64,000 nucleotides of DNA from an uncultured Muribaculaceae bacterium (GTDB lineage Bacteria; Bacteroidota; Bacteroidia; Bacteroidales; Muribaculaceae): NCBI GenBank assembly GCA_947090195.1, contig CAMUND010000001.1:12236-76235 (forward strand). The letters are read 5' to 3'. The translations under genes and the position numbers were made by a program. Within the stretch, counting starts at the first letter, position 1; each line of letters opens with the position of its first letter. Of this stretch, positions 27,665 to 37,306 are shown piece by piece. The notes under the pieces are model-generated. The model was not told where the DNA came from. It worked only from the letters and a program-made list of their open reading frames with translations, and did no database searches.

Positions 27665-29608
27665 TTATGCGTCAATGTTGGCGTAGTTGGCATTCTCCTC
27701 GATGAAATCTCTACGGGGAGCCACATCTTCGCCCATGAGCATGGAGAAAATGCGGTCAGCTTCAGCAGCGTCATTGATGGTGACTTGCTTAAGAAGTCGT
27801 CGTTCTTTTGACATTGTAGTGTCACGGAGTTCCTCCGCGCTCATCTCACCAAGACCTTTGTATCGCATCACCTTGGTTTTGTTGCCGTTTTTGGCGATAA
27901 ATGCCTGCACTTGCGCGTCAGTCCAGCAGTATTCCTCGATTTTGGATTTACCGCCGCCCACTGAACACTTATACAAAGGAGGAGTGGCGAGGTACAGATA
28001 TCCGTTTTCGATCACCGGACGCATGCGGCGGAAGAAGAATGTCATGAGGAGTGTGGCGATGTGGCTTCCGTCAACATCGGCATCGGTCATGATGATAATC
28101 TTGTGGTAAGCGAGTTTGTCAAGGTTCACTTCTTTGGAATCCTCTTCGGTGCCTATGGTTACGCGCATGGCTCGGAAAAGGTTAGTGATTTCCTGATTCT
28201 CGAACACTTTGTGGTCCATGGCTTTCTCCACGTTCAGGATTTTGCCTCGTAGCGGAAGTATGGCTTGATAGTGACGGTCACGGCCCTGCTTTGCTGTTCC
28301 GCCTGCGGAGTCTCCCTCGACTATGAACAGTTCGCAATCCTCGGCTGTGCGTGACGAGCAGTCGGCAAGTTTACCGGGCAGTCCGCCGCCTGACAGGGGT
28401 GATTTGCGTTGCACGTTCTTTCGCGCGTTGTAGGCGGCATGACGTGCGGTAGCGGCAAGAACCACTTTGTCCACAATCAGCTTAGCTTGGCGAGGATGCT
28501 CTTCGAGGTAGTAGCGTAGGGCTTCGCTCACGGCTGCTTGTACTGCGCCGGCTACTTCGCTGTTGCCGAGCTTGGTCTTGGTCTGTCCTTCAAACTGCGG
28601 CTCCATAACCTTGACTGAAACCACCGCTGTCAATCCTTCGCGGAAGTCATCGCTGGCTATCTCCACTTTCACTTTGTCGAGAAGTTTGGAGTCCTCGGCG
28701 TATTTTTTTAGTGTGGTTGTAAGTCCGCGCTTGAAACCGGTGAGGTGAGTTCCACCTTCTATGGTGTTGATGTTGTTGACAAATGAGTACACATTCTCGT
28801 TGAATGTGGTGTTATAGGTCAATGCCACCTCTACCGGGATTCCTTGACGCTCGGTGTTGAGGTGTATCACGTCGTTGATAAGCGATTCCTTGTTGGAGTC
28901 GATGTACTGCACGAATTCTTCAAGACCGGTCTCGCTGTAAAATACTTCCTTCTTGAATGTGCCGTCCTCTTTCATCTGACGGCGGTCAGTGAGCGAGAGT
29001 GTTATGCCGGCGTTCAGGAAAGCCAAGTCCTTGAGTCGGTTGGCGAGAGTGTCGTAGTCGTAATGGGTCACGGTGAAGATGGAAGCATCGGGCTTGAATG
29101 TGATGCTTGTGCCGTTGTGGTTGCTATCGCCTATTATCTTAAGCTCGGTGATGGGCTTTCCGCATGAATATTCCTGCATGTAGGCTTTTCCGTTGCGGTG
29201 AACTTCGGCGCGAAGATAGGTGGACAGTGCGTTTACGCAGCTCACACCCACTCCGTGAAGACCTCCCGACACTTTATAGGAGCCTTTGTCAAACTTACCT
29301 CCGGCGTGCAGCACTGTAAGCACTACTTCGAGGGCGCTTTTGTGCTCTTTCTCGTGCATGTCCACGGGGATTCCTCGTCCGTTGTCGACCACCGTGATTG
29401 AATCGTCTTCATTGATGGTTACGTCGATGTGAGTGGCGTATCCTGCGAGGGCTTCATCGATGGAGTTGTCAACTACTTCATATACAAGATGGTGCAAACC
29501 TTTCACGCTGATGTCACCAATGTACATTGCAGGGCGTTTGCGCACTGCTTCGAGTCCTTCGAGCACCTGAATGTTACTGGCACTGTATTCTTCTTTGTTT
29601 TCTGACAT
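27665..29608 (-). CDS. gyrB: DNA gyrase subunit B
   Basis: LEGLEAVRKRPAMYIG, EVVDNSIDE, VSGGLHGVG, IVEGDSAGG, PLRGKILN, MTDADVDG, YKGLGEM. Confidence 0.95.
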   Translation of the reverse strand: MSENKEEYSASNIQVLEGLEAVRKRPAMYIGDISVKGLHHLVYEVVDNSIDEALAGYATHIDVTINEDDSITVVDNGRGIPVDMHEKEHKSALEVVLTVLHAGGKFDKGSYKVSGGLHGVGVSCVNALSTYLRAEVHRNGKAYMQEYSCGKPITELKIIGDSNHNGTSITFKPDASIFTVTHYDYDTLANRLKDLAFLNAGITLSLTDRRQMKEDGTFKKEVFYSETGLEEFVQYIDSNKESLINDVIHLNTERQGIPVEVALTYNTTFNENVYSFVNNINTIEGGTHLTGFKRGLTTTLKKYAEDSKLLDKVKVEIASDDFREGLTAVVSVKVMEPQFEGQTKTKLGNSEVAGAVQAAVSEALRYYLEEHPRQAKLIVDKVVLAATARHAAYNARKNVQRKSPLSGGGLPGKLADCSSRTAEDCELFIVEGDSAGGTAKQGRDRHYQAILPLRGKILNVEKAMDHKVFENQEITNLFRAMRVTIGTEEDSKEVNLDKLAYHKIIIMTDADVDGSHIATLLMTFFFRRMRPVIENGYLYLATPPLYKCSVGGGKSKIEEYCWTDAQVQAFIAKNGNKTKVMRYKGLGEMSAEELRDTTMSKERRLLKQVTINDAAEADRIFSMLMGEDVAPRRDFIEENANYANIDA

Positions 29609-29800
29609 AAGTCTTGATTCTAATTATCCATTTAACACACAAAATTACAAAAAAAAAATGATTTTCGCAACTGCATATGTGCGATGCTTCATGACTTTAC
29701 ATACAAAAATCTAATAAGTTGCTTTAGATTCTAAGATTTATGATATGTTAAAATATGTAAAACATTATGCGGGGTGCTTGCATGTGTCAAAAATAGTCCC

Positions 29801-29808
29801 TACCTTTG
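29801..29808 (+). promoter_or_regulatory. Bacteroidetes -7 box for tRNA-Pro
   Basis: TACCTTTG 17 bp upstream of the tRNA. Confidence 0.65.
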
Positions 29809-29824
29809 CATCGCTTTTCAAAAC

Positions 29825-29899
29825 CGGGGTGTAGCTCAGCCAGGTTAGAGTACGCGTCTGGGGGGCGTGTGGTCGGAAGTTCGAATCTTCTCACCCCGA
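29825..29899 (+). tRNA. tRNA-Pro(GGG)
   Basis: CGGGGTG/CACCCCG acceptor stem, D arm GCTCAGCCAGGTTAGAGT, anticodon loop CT-GGG-GG, T arm GGAAG-TTCGAAT-CTTCT; no encoded CCA. Confidence 0.95.
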
Positions 29900-29907
29900 C
29901 ACTGAGC

Positions 29908-29936
29908 AAAAGGGATGCAATCGCATCCCTTTTTTT
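29908..29936 (+). terminator. Terminator of tRNA-Pro
   Basis: AAAAGGGATGC-AATC-GCATCCCTTTT hairpin with T tract. Confidence 0.85.
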
Positions 29937-29968
29937 ATTTTCCCGCAATTTTTTTCTCCGCCGCGCCA

Positions 29969-30176
29969 CGTCCAAATGGCGGAACAAAATCCGTCCAAAT
30001 GGCGGAACAAAATTGTGTCAAGTTTGGAAATGAAATCGTGTCAAGTTCGGAGGTAGAATCATGTCAAGTTCGGAGGTAGAATCATGTCAAGTTCGGAAGT
30101 GAAATCGTGTCAAGTTAGGAAGCGAAATCGTGTCAAGTTTAGAAGTAAAATCATGTCAAGTTTGGAAATTAACTTC
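29969..30176. repeat. 23-bp tandem repeat array (2 type A units plus 7 type B units)
   Basis: A: CGTCCAAATGGCGGAACAAAAT(C/T) at 29969 and 29992. B: TGTCAAGTTnGGAAGTnAAATC(A/G)-like units at 30016, 30039, 30062, 30085, 30108, 30131 and 30154; the first 9 nt TGTCAAGTT are invariant. Confidence 0.92.
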
Positions 30177-30183
30177 TAAAATA

Positions 30184-30215
30184 TTTGGCTATTTCGCTGA
30201 AATGATGTAATTTTG
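30184..30215 (+). promoter_or_regulatory. Canonical Bacteroidetes sigma-70 promoter of the ATPase gene
   Basis: TTTG (30184-30187), 20-bp spacer, TAATTTTG (30208-30215). Confidence 0.75.
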
Positions 30216-30234
30216 CGCCATTAATACTGCAATT

Positions 30235-31524
30235 ATGGAAAATTATAGACCGAGAATCATGGATGCCATCCTTGAAGAAGAACTGGAGGCTATGGGTGCT
30301 GTGCTTTTAGAGGGTCCTAAAGCTTGCGGAAAAACCACTACTGCGGAACATGCCGTGGGGAGTGTCATATACATGGATGATCCTGTTCGCCGCAATCAAT
30401 ATCTGCAGATGGTGGATACCGACATTACCTATATTTTGTCGGGCAATGTTCCGCGCCTTATCGATGAATGGCAGTTGGCTACCAAGATATGGGATGCCGT
30501 GCGGTTTGAGGTCGACCATCGCCGCGACGACGGTCAATTTATCCTTACCGGCTCGGCGGTGCCTCCCAAGCGGGACCAAGCACAGATGATGCATTCCGGC
30601 ACAGGACGGTTTTCGTGGCTTAAGATGCGTCCCATGTCGCTGTGGGAGTCGGGCGAGTCGTCAGGGGATGTGAGTCTTGGCGAACTTTTCCGTATGCCTG
30701 CTTCGGAGCCTGTCAGGGGCGAAAATGCGTTGACTCTTAACGATATGGCATTTCTCGTTTGCCGCGGCGGTTGGCCCAAAGCAGTCCATAAAGGGCGCAG
30801 TAAGCTTGCTTTGCGTCAGGCGATAAACTACTATGAGGCAATAGTGCGTGTCGACATTTCACGTGTTGATGATGTCGAACGCGATGAACAGCGCACCCGT
30901 AGGATTATGCGCTCTTATGCCCGGCATCAAGGTGCGCAAGTGAGTGTGCAGACCATTCTTGACGATATTTCGGAGAACGATACCATGGAGTTGAGCGATA
31001 AAACCGTATACTCCTATATAAATGCGTTAAAACGGATTTTTGTGATTGAGGACATGCCGGCATGGAATCCCAATCTGAGAAGCAAGTCGGCAGTGCGCAG
31101 TTCCGACACCCGATATTATGTCGACCCGTCAGTGGCTTGCGCCGCGTTGGGGCTTGGTCCTGATGACCTGATAAATGATTTAAATACCTTCGGGCTGCTG
31201 TTTCAGGGCTTGTGCGTCAGGGATTTGCGGGTATATGCTCAGGCGTTGGACGGCACCGTCTACCATTTCCGGGACAGGACCGGGCTTGAGTGCGATGCCG
31301 TGGTGCATTTGCGTAACGGAAGTTACGGTTTGGTTGAAATAAAGTTGGGCGGTGAAAAGCTCGTCGAGGAGGGCACCAGGAATCTTCTTGCCTTAAAGGA
31401 CAAGATTGACACCACCAAGATGAAATCCCCGTCGTTCATGATGGTGCTGACTGCCGTGGGCGATTATGCCTACCGCCGCACCGACGGTGTGCTGGTCGTT
31501 CCCGTCGGCGCCCTGAAGCTTTGA
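30235..31524 (+). CDS. AAA+ ATPase with DUF4143/PD-(D/E)xK-like C-terminus (COG1373-type)
   Basis: Walker A GPKACGKTT, Walker B LIDEWQ, FILTGSA, HSGTGRF, YYVDPSVA, ECDAVVH...VEIKLGG. Confidence 0.85.
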   Translation: MENYRPRIMDAILEEELEAMGAVLLEGPKACGKTTTAEHAVGSVIYMDDPVRRNQYLQMVDTDITYILSGNVPRLIDEWQLATKIWDAVRFEVDHRRDDGQFILTGSAVPPKRDQAQMMHSGTGRFSWLKMRPMSLWESGESSGDVSLGELFRMPASEPVRGENALTLNDMAFLVCRGGWPKAVHKGRSKLALRQAINYYEAIVRVDISRVDDVERDEQRTRRIMRSYARHQGAQVSVQTILDDISENDTMELSDKTVYSYINALKRIFVIEDMPAWNPNLRSKSAVRSSDTRYYVDPSVACAALGLGPDDLINDLNTFGLLFQGLCVRDLRVYAQALDGTVYHFRDRTGLECDAVVHLRNGSYGLVEIKLGGEKLVEEGTRNLLALKDKIDTTKMKSPSFMMVLTAVGDYAYRRTDGVLVVPVGALKL

Positions 31525-31684
31525 TTCTTCGCCGTAGGCGTGAATCTCGTATATCCTCGAACCCCATCGGGGGCGGCTCCATTGTTCCGCCACGGCGCAG
31601 TTTTTTGCATTTTTTTGCCGCAAATACTTGACAAGGGCTTTTTTATATATTAATTTTGCACTATATTTGACCAAGAAGGTATTT

Positions 31685-32557
31685 ATGCAAAAAAGAAAAA
31701 GAAAAATTTTTTCGGGATTTACGGCACAGCTCACATCCACGGTAAGTGTCGCTTTGGTGCTGTTATTAATAGGAATAATCGCCTTCTTGGGTATTGCAGG
31801 ACGGTCGTTGACTGACAATATAAAGGAAAATATGGGGTTCAATCTTGTGTTTTCCGACAACGTGACAACCTCACAGGTGAACAGTGTGAAACAGACACTT
31901 ACATCATCGCCCAAGATAAGCAGCATACGTTATTATTCAAAGGAGGATGCCTTGAACCAGTGGCAGAAGGATACGGGGGAGGACCTTATGGCAATGCTGG
32001 GCGTGAATCCTTTCAGCGGTGAGATGGAGGTGAAGGTGAAAGCGGATTATGCCTGCACTGATTCCATCGATGCGCTTGTGGAGCAATGGCGGGGCGTGAA
32101 GTATGTAGACGAGATTGTGGTGAATGACCAGATGACCGATTCCATCAACCGCAATGTGAGGTCGATAGCTTTCGTGCTGTCCATCATAGCCGCCGCGCTG
32201 CTGTTTATATCCTTTGCGTTGATAAACAACACTGTGCGCCTTACTGTGTATTCGCGACGCTTCCTCATCCACACAATGAAGCTTGTGGGAGCGACCGGCG
32301 GGTTTATACGCCGTCCCATCGTTGCGCAAAACATGGTGAGCGGGCTTATAGCCGGGCTGGTGGCATCGCTTATACTGGGAGGCATTGTGGCTTACTTTGT
32401 GGCATCCGATCCTTCGCTTGCGGCTCTTATCCCCATCGCAGCCGGGATAATAGTGATAGCGGGGCTGATTATACTGGGAATAATCATATGCGGTGCGTCG
32501 GCTACATTCGCCACCAACAAGTATCTGCGCACTTCTTACGATAATATGTTTAACTGA
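31685..32557 (+). CDS. ftsX: Cell division permease FtsX
   Basis: TM1, periplasmic loop, ISFALINNTVRLTVYSRRFLIHTMKLVGATGGFIRRP. Confidence 0.9.
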   Translation: MQKRKRKIFSGFTAQLTSTVSVALVLLLIGIIAFLGIAGRSLTDNIKENMGFNLVFSDNVTTSQVNSVKQTLTSSPKISSIRYYSKEDALNQWQKDTGEDLMAMLGVNPFSGEMEVKVKADYACTDSIDALVEQWRGVKYVDEIVVNDQMTDSINRNVRSIAFVLSIIAAALLFISFALINNTVRLTVYSRRFLIHTMKLVGATGGFIRRPIVAQNMVSGLIAGLVASLILGGIVAYFVASDPSLAALIPIAAGIIVIAGLIILGIIICGASATFATNKYLRTSYDNMFN

Positions 32558-32567
32558 AAATAAAGAT

Positions 32568-32867
32568 ATGGCAACAAAAAACACTTATGTCCGTAATACT
32601 CCTCAGATAGAGGAAATCAATAAAGAGGAACGCCGTAATTTTCCCTTGACGAAGATTAATTTCATTCTCATGGGTATTGCGGGGGTTATAATCCTTGTGG
32701 GTTTTCTGCTGATGCTTGGAGGGAGTTCCACAACCGAGCAGTTCAACCCCGATATATTCTCTACACGCCGTATTGTGGTGGGGCCCACAATGTCGTTCTT
32801 GGGCTATATCCTCATGGGTGCCGCTATAGTGTACCGTCCGCGCAAACAGAAAGAAGTAACTGAATAA
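32568..32867 (+). CDS. DUF3098-type small membrane protein
   Basis: FPLTKINFILMG...GFLLMLGG...FNPDIFSTRRIVVGP; two TMs; sits between ftsX and uppP. Confidence 0.8.
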   Translation: MATKNTYVRNTPQIEEINKEERRNFPLTKINFILMGIAGVIILVGFLLMLGGSSTTEQFNPDIFSTRRIVVGPTMSFLGYILMGAAIVYRPRKQKEVTE

Positions 32868-32879
32868 CAGCCGTAGACT

Positions 32880-33707
32880 ATGGATTGGATAGATGCGCTT
32901 GTTTTAGGTATTGTGCAGGGACTTTCCGAATATCTTCCCATAAGTTCCAGCGGACACCTTGAGATTTTCAAACAGGTACTCGGAGTGAACCTTGACGCTG
33001 ATTCTTCGTTGGAGTTCAGCGTGATGCTTCATGTGGCTACAGTGCTTAGCACTATAGTGATTCTGTGGAGGGAGTTTTATCCTCTTGTGGTGTCGTTTTT
33101 CACGGTAAAGCGTGACGACAAGTTTTACATGGTGTGTAAAATCCTCCTTTCCTGCATCCCGGTGGGAATAGTGGGACTGTTGTTCAAGGATGAGGTGGAA
33201 CGGTTCTTCAACGGCAACCTCACAGTGGTGGGCGTGTGCCTTATCGTGACCGCCGCGTTACTTTGCTTCGCATATTTTTCACGCACACGCACTGCATTGC
33301 TGCATCCCGAACGTCCGCAGGGACGTGACATCACATGGCTGGACGCGTTCATCATAGGGTGTGCTCAGGCTGTGGCTGTGTTGCCGGGTCTTTCCCGTTC
33401 AGGCTCCACAATCGCCACCGGTATACTTCTCGGCGACAATCGTGAGCGTGTGGCTCAGTTCTCGTTCCTTATGGTTATAATCCCCATCCTCGGTGAGGGT
33501 CTTCTTGATATAAAGGACATGCTTGTGCCGCAAGAGGCGGTAGCTACCGCTTCAGTGGGTATGGTTCCGCTTGTTGTGGGTTTCTTAGCGTCGTTTATTG
33601 TGGGATGTCTTGCCTGCAAGTGGATGCTGGATATCGTTAAGAAAGGCAAGTTGGTGTGGTTTGCCGTGTATTGCGTAGCTATGGGTATTCTCTGTCTTTG
33701 CTGGTAA
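32880..33707 (+). CDS. uppP: Undecaprenyl-diphosphate phosphatase (BacA)
   Basis: GIVQGLSEYLPISSSGH, AVLPGLSRSGSTI. Confidence 0.95.
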   Translation: MDWIDALVLGIVQGLSEYLPISSSGHLEIFKQVLGVNLDADSSLEFSVMLHVATVLSTIVILWREFYPLVVSFFTVKRDDKFYMVCKILLSCIPVGIVGLLFKDEVERFFNGNLTVVGVCLIVTAALLCFAYFSRTRTALLHPERPQGRDITWLDAFIIGCAQAVAVLPGLSRSGSTIATGILLGDNRERVAQFSFLMVIIPILGEGLLDIKDMLVPQEAVATASVGMVPLVVGFLASFIVGCLACKWMLDIVKKGKLVWFAVYCVAMGILCLCW

Positions 33708-33710
33708 TCT

Positions 33711-34421
33711 ATGAATTTTATCGACGGAGAAATACTTTATATTGACAAGCCGCTCGGATGGACCTCTTTTGACGCGGTGAAGCGTGTGAGGGGTGCTATT
33801 CTGCGCAGGCTGAAGATGAAGAAATTCAAGGTGGGACACGCCGGGACGCTCGACCCGCTTGCTACCGGAGTGATGATCGTGTGCACCGGTAAAGCAACCA
33901 AGCTCATCGAGCAGTTGCAGAGCGGACGCAAGGAATATGTGGCATCGGTGGCACTTGGTGCCACTACGCCGTCATTTGACCTGGAAACCGAGATTGATGC
34001 TACTTATCCCACAGCCCACATTACCCGTGAGCTTGTGGAGGACACTTTGAAGCGTTTTGTGGGAGCGATAGAGCAAGTGCCACCGGCATTCTCGGCATGT
34101 AAGATAGGCGGTGAGCGCGCTTATGTCAAGGCTCGTCAGGGCGAGGAGGTAAACATCAAGCCCAAGCTTCTCGTTATAGATGAAATCGAGTTGCTGGACT
34201 TTGCTCCGGAACTGATAAAGATAAGGGTAGTGTGCAGCAAAGGCACTTATATCCGTGCTCTTGCCCGTGACATAGGGGAGGCTCTCGGTTCGGGAGGACA
34301 TCTTACGGCATTGAAGCGTACCCAGGTGGGTGATGTCACAGTGGACAAGTGCCTGTCGATAGAGGAGATGGCGAAACTTATAGCCACAACTCCCATAGAG
34401 ATGCCCGAGGAGGAAAATTAA
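33711..34421 (+). CDS. truB: tRNA pseudouridine(55) synthase
   Basis: IDKPLGWTSFD, KVGHAGTLDPLATG, CSKGTYIRALARDIG. Confidence 0.95.
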   Translation: MNFIDGEILYIDKPLGWTSFDAVKRVRGAILRRLKMKKFKVGHAGTLDPLATGVMIVCTGKATKLIEQLQSGRKEYVASVALGATTPSFDLETEIDATYPTAHITRELVEDTLKRFVGAIEQVPPAFSACKIGGERAYVKARQGEEVNIKPKLLVIDEIELLDFAPELIKIRVVCSKGTYIRALARDIGEALGSGGHLTALKRTQVGDVTVDKCLSIEEMAKLIATTPIEMPEEEN

Positions 34422-34463
34422 AAAATATGATTCTAAATAGCCAAAAATAGATATATACGAATT

Positions 34464-35513
34464 ATGAAACTTTCGCAATTTAAGTTTAAGCTTCCGGAAG
34501 AACTGATAGCTTCCGAGCCGTGTGTTGAACGTGACCAAGCGCGCATGTTGGTTGTCCACAAGGACACCGGAAAGATGGAGGATCTTATCTTTAAGGATAT
34601 CATCAACTTCTACAATGAAGGCGATGTGATGATATTCAATGACACCAAGGTATTCCCCGCCAAGCTCTACGGCAATAAGGAAAAGACCGGAGCTAAAATC
34701 GAAGTGTTCCTGCTCCGAGAACTTAATGAAGAAAACAAGTTGTGGGATGTGCTTGTGGAGCCTGCCCGCAAAATTCGTATCGGCAACAAGCTGTACTTCG
34801 GCGAGGATGAGTCAATGGTGGCGGAAGTGATTGACAACACCACTTCTCGCGGAAGAACTCTGCGTTTCCTCTATGACGGCGACCACGAGGAATTCAAGAA
34901 GGCGTTGTACGCTCTCGGCGAAACTCCGCTGCCCCCTTACATCAAGCGTGAGGCTACTCCCGAGGATGCTGAACGCTACCAGTGCATTTTTGCCGCAAAG
35001 GAGGGTGCCGTGGTGGCTCCTGCTGCCGGGATGCACTTCAGCCGCGAACTGATGAAGCGTCTTGAAATCAAGGGTGTGGAAGCCGGATTCCTCACGCTCC
35101 ATTCCGGTCTCGGCAACTACCGTGAAATAGATGTCGAGGACCTTACAAAGCACCGCATGGACTCGGAGGACATGGATGTGTCGGAAGAGCTTGTGGAGCT
35201 TGTGAACAAGGCTAAGGATGCTGACAAGCAAGTGTGTGCTGTGGGAGCTTCGGTTCTGCGCGGCATAGAGAGCGCGGTAAGCATGGGAGGACACATGAAG
35301 ACCTTTACCGGCTGGACCAACAAGTTTATCTTCCCGCCTTATGACTTTACGGTGTCTACCTCGCTTGTGAGCAATTTTCACATGCCGTACTCCACAATGC
35401 TGATGATGGTGTGCGCATTCGGAGGTTATGATTTGATTATGGACGCTTACCGCCATGCGATAAAGAACAAGTATCGTTTCGGTGCTTACGGCGATGCCAT
35501 GCTCATTATTTAA
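34464..35513 (+). CDS. queA: SAM:tRNA ribosyltransferase-isomerase
   Basis: [51 protein letters not shown]. Confidence 0.95.
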   Translation: MKLSQFKFKLPEELIASEPCVERDQARMLVVHKDTGKMEDLIFKDIINFYNEGDVMIFNDTKVFPAKLYGNKEKTGAKIEVFLLRELNEENKLWDVLVEPARKIRIGNKLYFGEDESMVAEVIDNTTSRGRTLRFLYDGDHEEFKKALYALGETPLPPYIKREATPEDAERYQCIFAAKEGAVVAPAAGMHFSRELMKRLEIKGVEAGFLTLHSGLGNYREIDVEDLTKHRMDSEDMDVSEELVELVNKAKDADKQVCAVGASVLRGIESAVSMGGHMKTFTGWTNKFIFPPYDFTVSTSLVSNFHMPYSTMLMMVCAFGGYDLIMDAYRHAIKNKYRFGAYGDAMLII

Positions 35514-36106
35514 TCGACTATTGACACTCCGTCTATATCGTTTAGGCGCGCTGACAGTGCTTCGGCATGGTCAGCGCGTATTTTTATAGTCATGCGGCAA
35601 GTGATTTCAAATTCCTGCGCCACCACTTTCGGCTCCGTGGTTTTAATTACCTTCATCACGTCGTTCATGGCTATGTAGGGGAATGTGAACGTTATAGTGG
35701 ATTCTTCGTGGCACTCTATGATTTCCCCGGCGGTGATTGCCTCACGAGCGGCTTCACGGTAGGCGACTATCAAGCCGCTTGTGCCGAGTTTTATGCCGCC
35801 GAAGTAGCGCACCACCACTATCACTATATTGGTGAGGTTAAATGAGTTTATCTGCCCGAGAATAGGCTTGCCGGCTGTTCCTGACGGCTCTCCGTTGTCG
35901 TTGGACAGGAATTCGGTGCGTGCCGCACCTATCATGTAAGCCCAGCACACATGGCGTGCGTCGTGGTACTTTTTCTGGTATAAGGCTATTGTCTCTTTTG
36001 CTTCCTGCGCCGAGGACACAGGCACAGCGAAGGAGATGAATTTGCTCATCTTCTCTTTGTAAAGCCCTTCGGCAGGTGATGCGAGAGTGTAAAAAGTATC
36101 GGACAT
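35510..36106 (-). CDS. yigZ: YigZ/IMPACT family protein
   Basis: [53 protein letters not shown]. Confidence 0.9.
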   Translation of the reverse strand: MSDTFYTLASPAEGLYKEKMSKFISFAVPVSSAQEAKETIALYQKKYHDARHVCWAYMIGAARTEFLSNDNGEPSGTAGKPILGQINSFNLTNIVIVVVRYFGGIKLGTSGLIVAYREAAREAITAGEIIECHEESTITFTFPYIAMNDVMKVIKTTEPKVVAQEFEITCRMTIKIRADHAEALSARLNDIDGVSIVD

Positions 36107-36163
36107 AATCACAAAGTTAGTGATTATGCCCGATACCTTATGGATTTTTCTGATAAAACTTAT

Positions 36164-37303
36164 TTAATAAGCGTGTCCATCCTGCTCCATATCGATAGTG
36201 GTAAGCGGTTTTTTGTCCATTTTGTACCACACATAGGCAATATACGCCACCACGAACGGCACTAATATCGATACAAAGCTCATCACTTTCAGGGTGAACA
36301 GTGTGGAGGAACTGTTGTAGATGGTAAGCGAGCTTGCCGGGTCGATAAGTGACGGGTAATAGGGAGTATTGTTATAGCCTGCCACCCAGAAGAGCGACAA
36401 TACCACAAGCACGGTGCCTAAACCGCATGACCAGATGCCTTTGTGGTACTTCTTGCCGAGTGCGGTGCGGATGATGCCGTGAAGCACGAGCAGCACGCCA
36501 ACTACAAACGCCAAGAGCGCCCACCACAGGTGGATGTAATTGAAGAAGTATTTGTGTGCCACGTCAGTCACAATCTTGCCGTCGATAATCTCATAACCGT
36601 CAGCGCAGAACAAAAGTCCCACAAAAAACAGGAAGAATACTACGAATATCAGTCCGTTGACAGCCACTTGTGTGCGTTGCTGACGGTAGAAGCCGTCGCC
36701 GGCGTTGATGTTGCTGATGAAGTAAAGAGAGCCGGTGGTGCGGGCAAGGAATACCACGGCAAGTCCGAGTATCCAGTTTTTCCAGCAGAAGATAGCCTCA
36801 AAACCGTGGGTGGGTGCCCATTGCGATATCACAGGTGCGCCTGAGTCGAGGATATTTCCCATCTTGACTGTGAATTGCGCTCCGAAGAAGAACATGGACA
36901 CTGCAACGCCCAGCAGGAAGCATCCCACACAGCCGTTTATCATCAATAGCCAGTCGTAGAAACGTGTTCCGTAAAGATTTCCGGCTTTGCGGCGGTACTG
37001 GAAGCTCACAGCCTGTCCTACAAAGGAGAAAAGTATAAGCATCCACAGCCAATAGGCTCCTCCGAAGCTGGTGCTGTAGAACAGCGGGAACGAAGCGAAG
37101 AATGCGCCTCCGAACACTACAAGGGTCGTGAATGTAAGCTCCCACTTTTTACCGATGGAGTTGACCATGAGGTCACGGTAAGTGGAGTTACGTTCGGTCA
37201 GTAACATGGTTTGTCCTCCTTGCACGAATAGAAGGAACACCAGCAGTGCGCCAAGCACTGAGATTAAAAACCACCAATATATCTGAAGATGTTCTAATGC
37301 CAT
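36164..37303 (-). CDS. cydB: Cytochrome bd ubiquinol oxidase subunit II
   Basis: FVQGGQ, WELTFTTLVVFGGAFFASFPLFY, SLTIYNSSSTLFTLKVM. Confidence 0.92.
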   Translation of the reverse strand: MALEHLQIYWWFLISVLGALLVFLLFVQGGQTMLLTERNSTYRDLMVNSIGKKWELTFTTLVVFGGAFFASFPLFYSTSFGGAYWLWMLILFSFVGQAVSFQYRRKAGNLYGTRFYDWLLMINGCVGCFLLGVAVSMFFFGAQFTVKMGNILDSGAPVISQWAPTHGFEAIFCWKNWILGLAVVFLARTTGSLYFISNINAGDGFYRQQRTQVAVNGLIFVVFFLFFVGLLFCADGYEIIDGKIVTDVAHKYFFNYIHLWWALLAFVVGVLLVLHGIIRTALGKKYHKGIWSCGLGTVLVVLSLFWVAGYNNTPYYPSLIDPASSLTIYNSSSTLFTLKVMSFVSILVPFVVAYIAYVWYKMDKKPLTTIDMEQDGHAY

Positions 37304-37306
37304 GGC

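Noticed and set aside
27665-29608. parE instead of gyrB
   Set aside because: The N-terminal YSASNIQVLEGLEAVRKRPAMYIG, the length and the C-terminal motifs fit Bacteroidales GyrB better.
29969-30176. CRISPR array interpretation of the 23-bp repeats
   Set aside because: Units are contiguous with no unique spacers, are not palindromic, and no cas genes are in the window.
30016-30176. TTGACA on the minus strand of each type B repeat read as sigma-70 -35 boxes
   Set aside because: The Bacteroidetes primary sigma uses TTTG/TAnnTTTG and no matching -10 elements are present, so this is likely coincidental.
29880-31620. Integrative element with attL/attR at tRNA-Pro
   Set aside because: No duplicated tRNA 3' end (CTCACCCCGA) was found downstream and there is no integrase.
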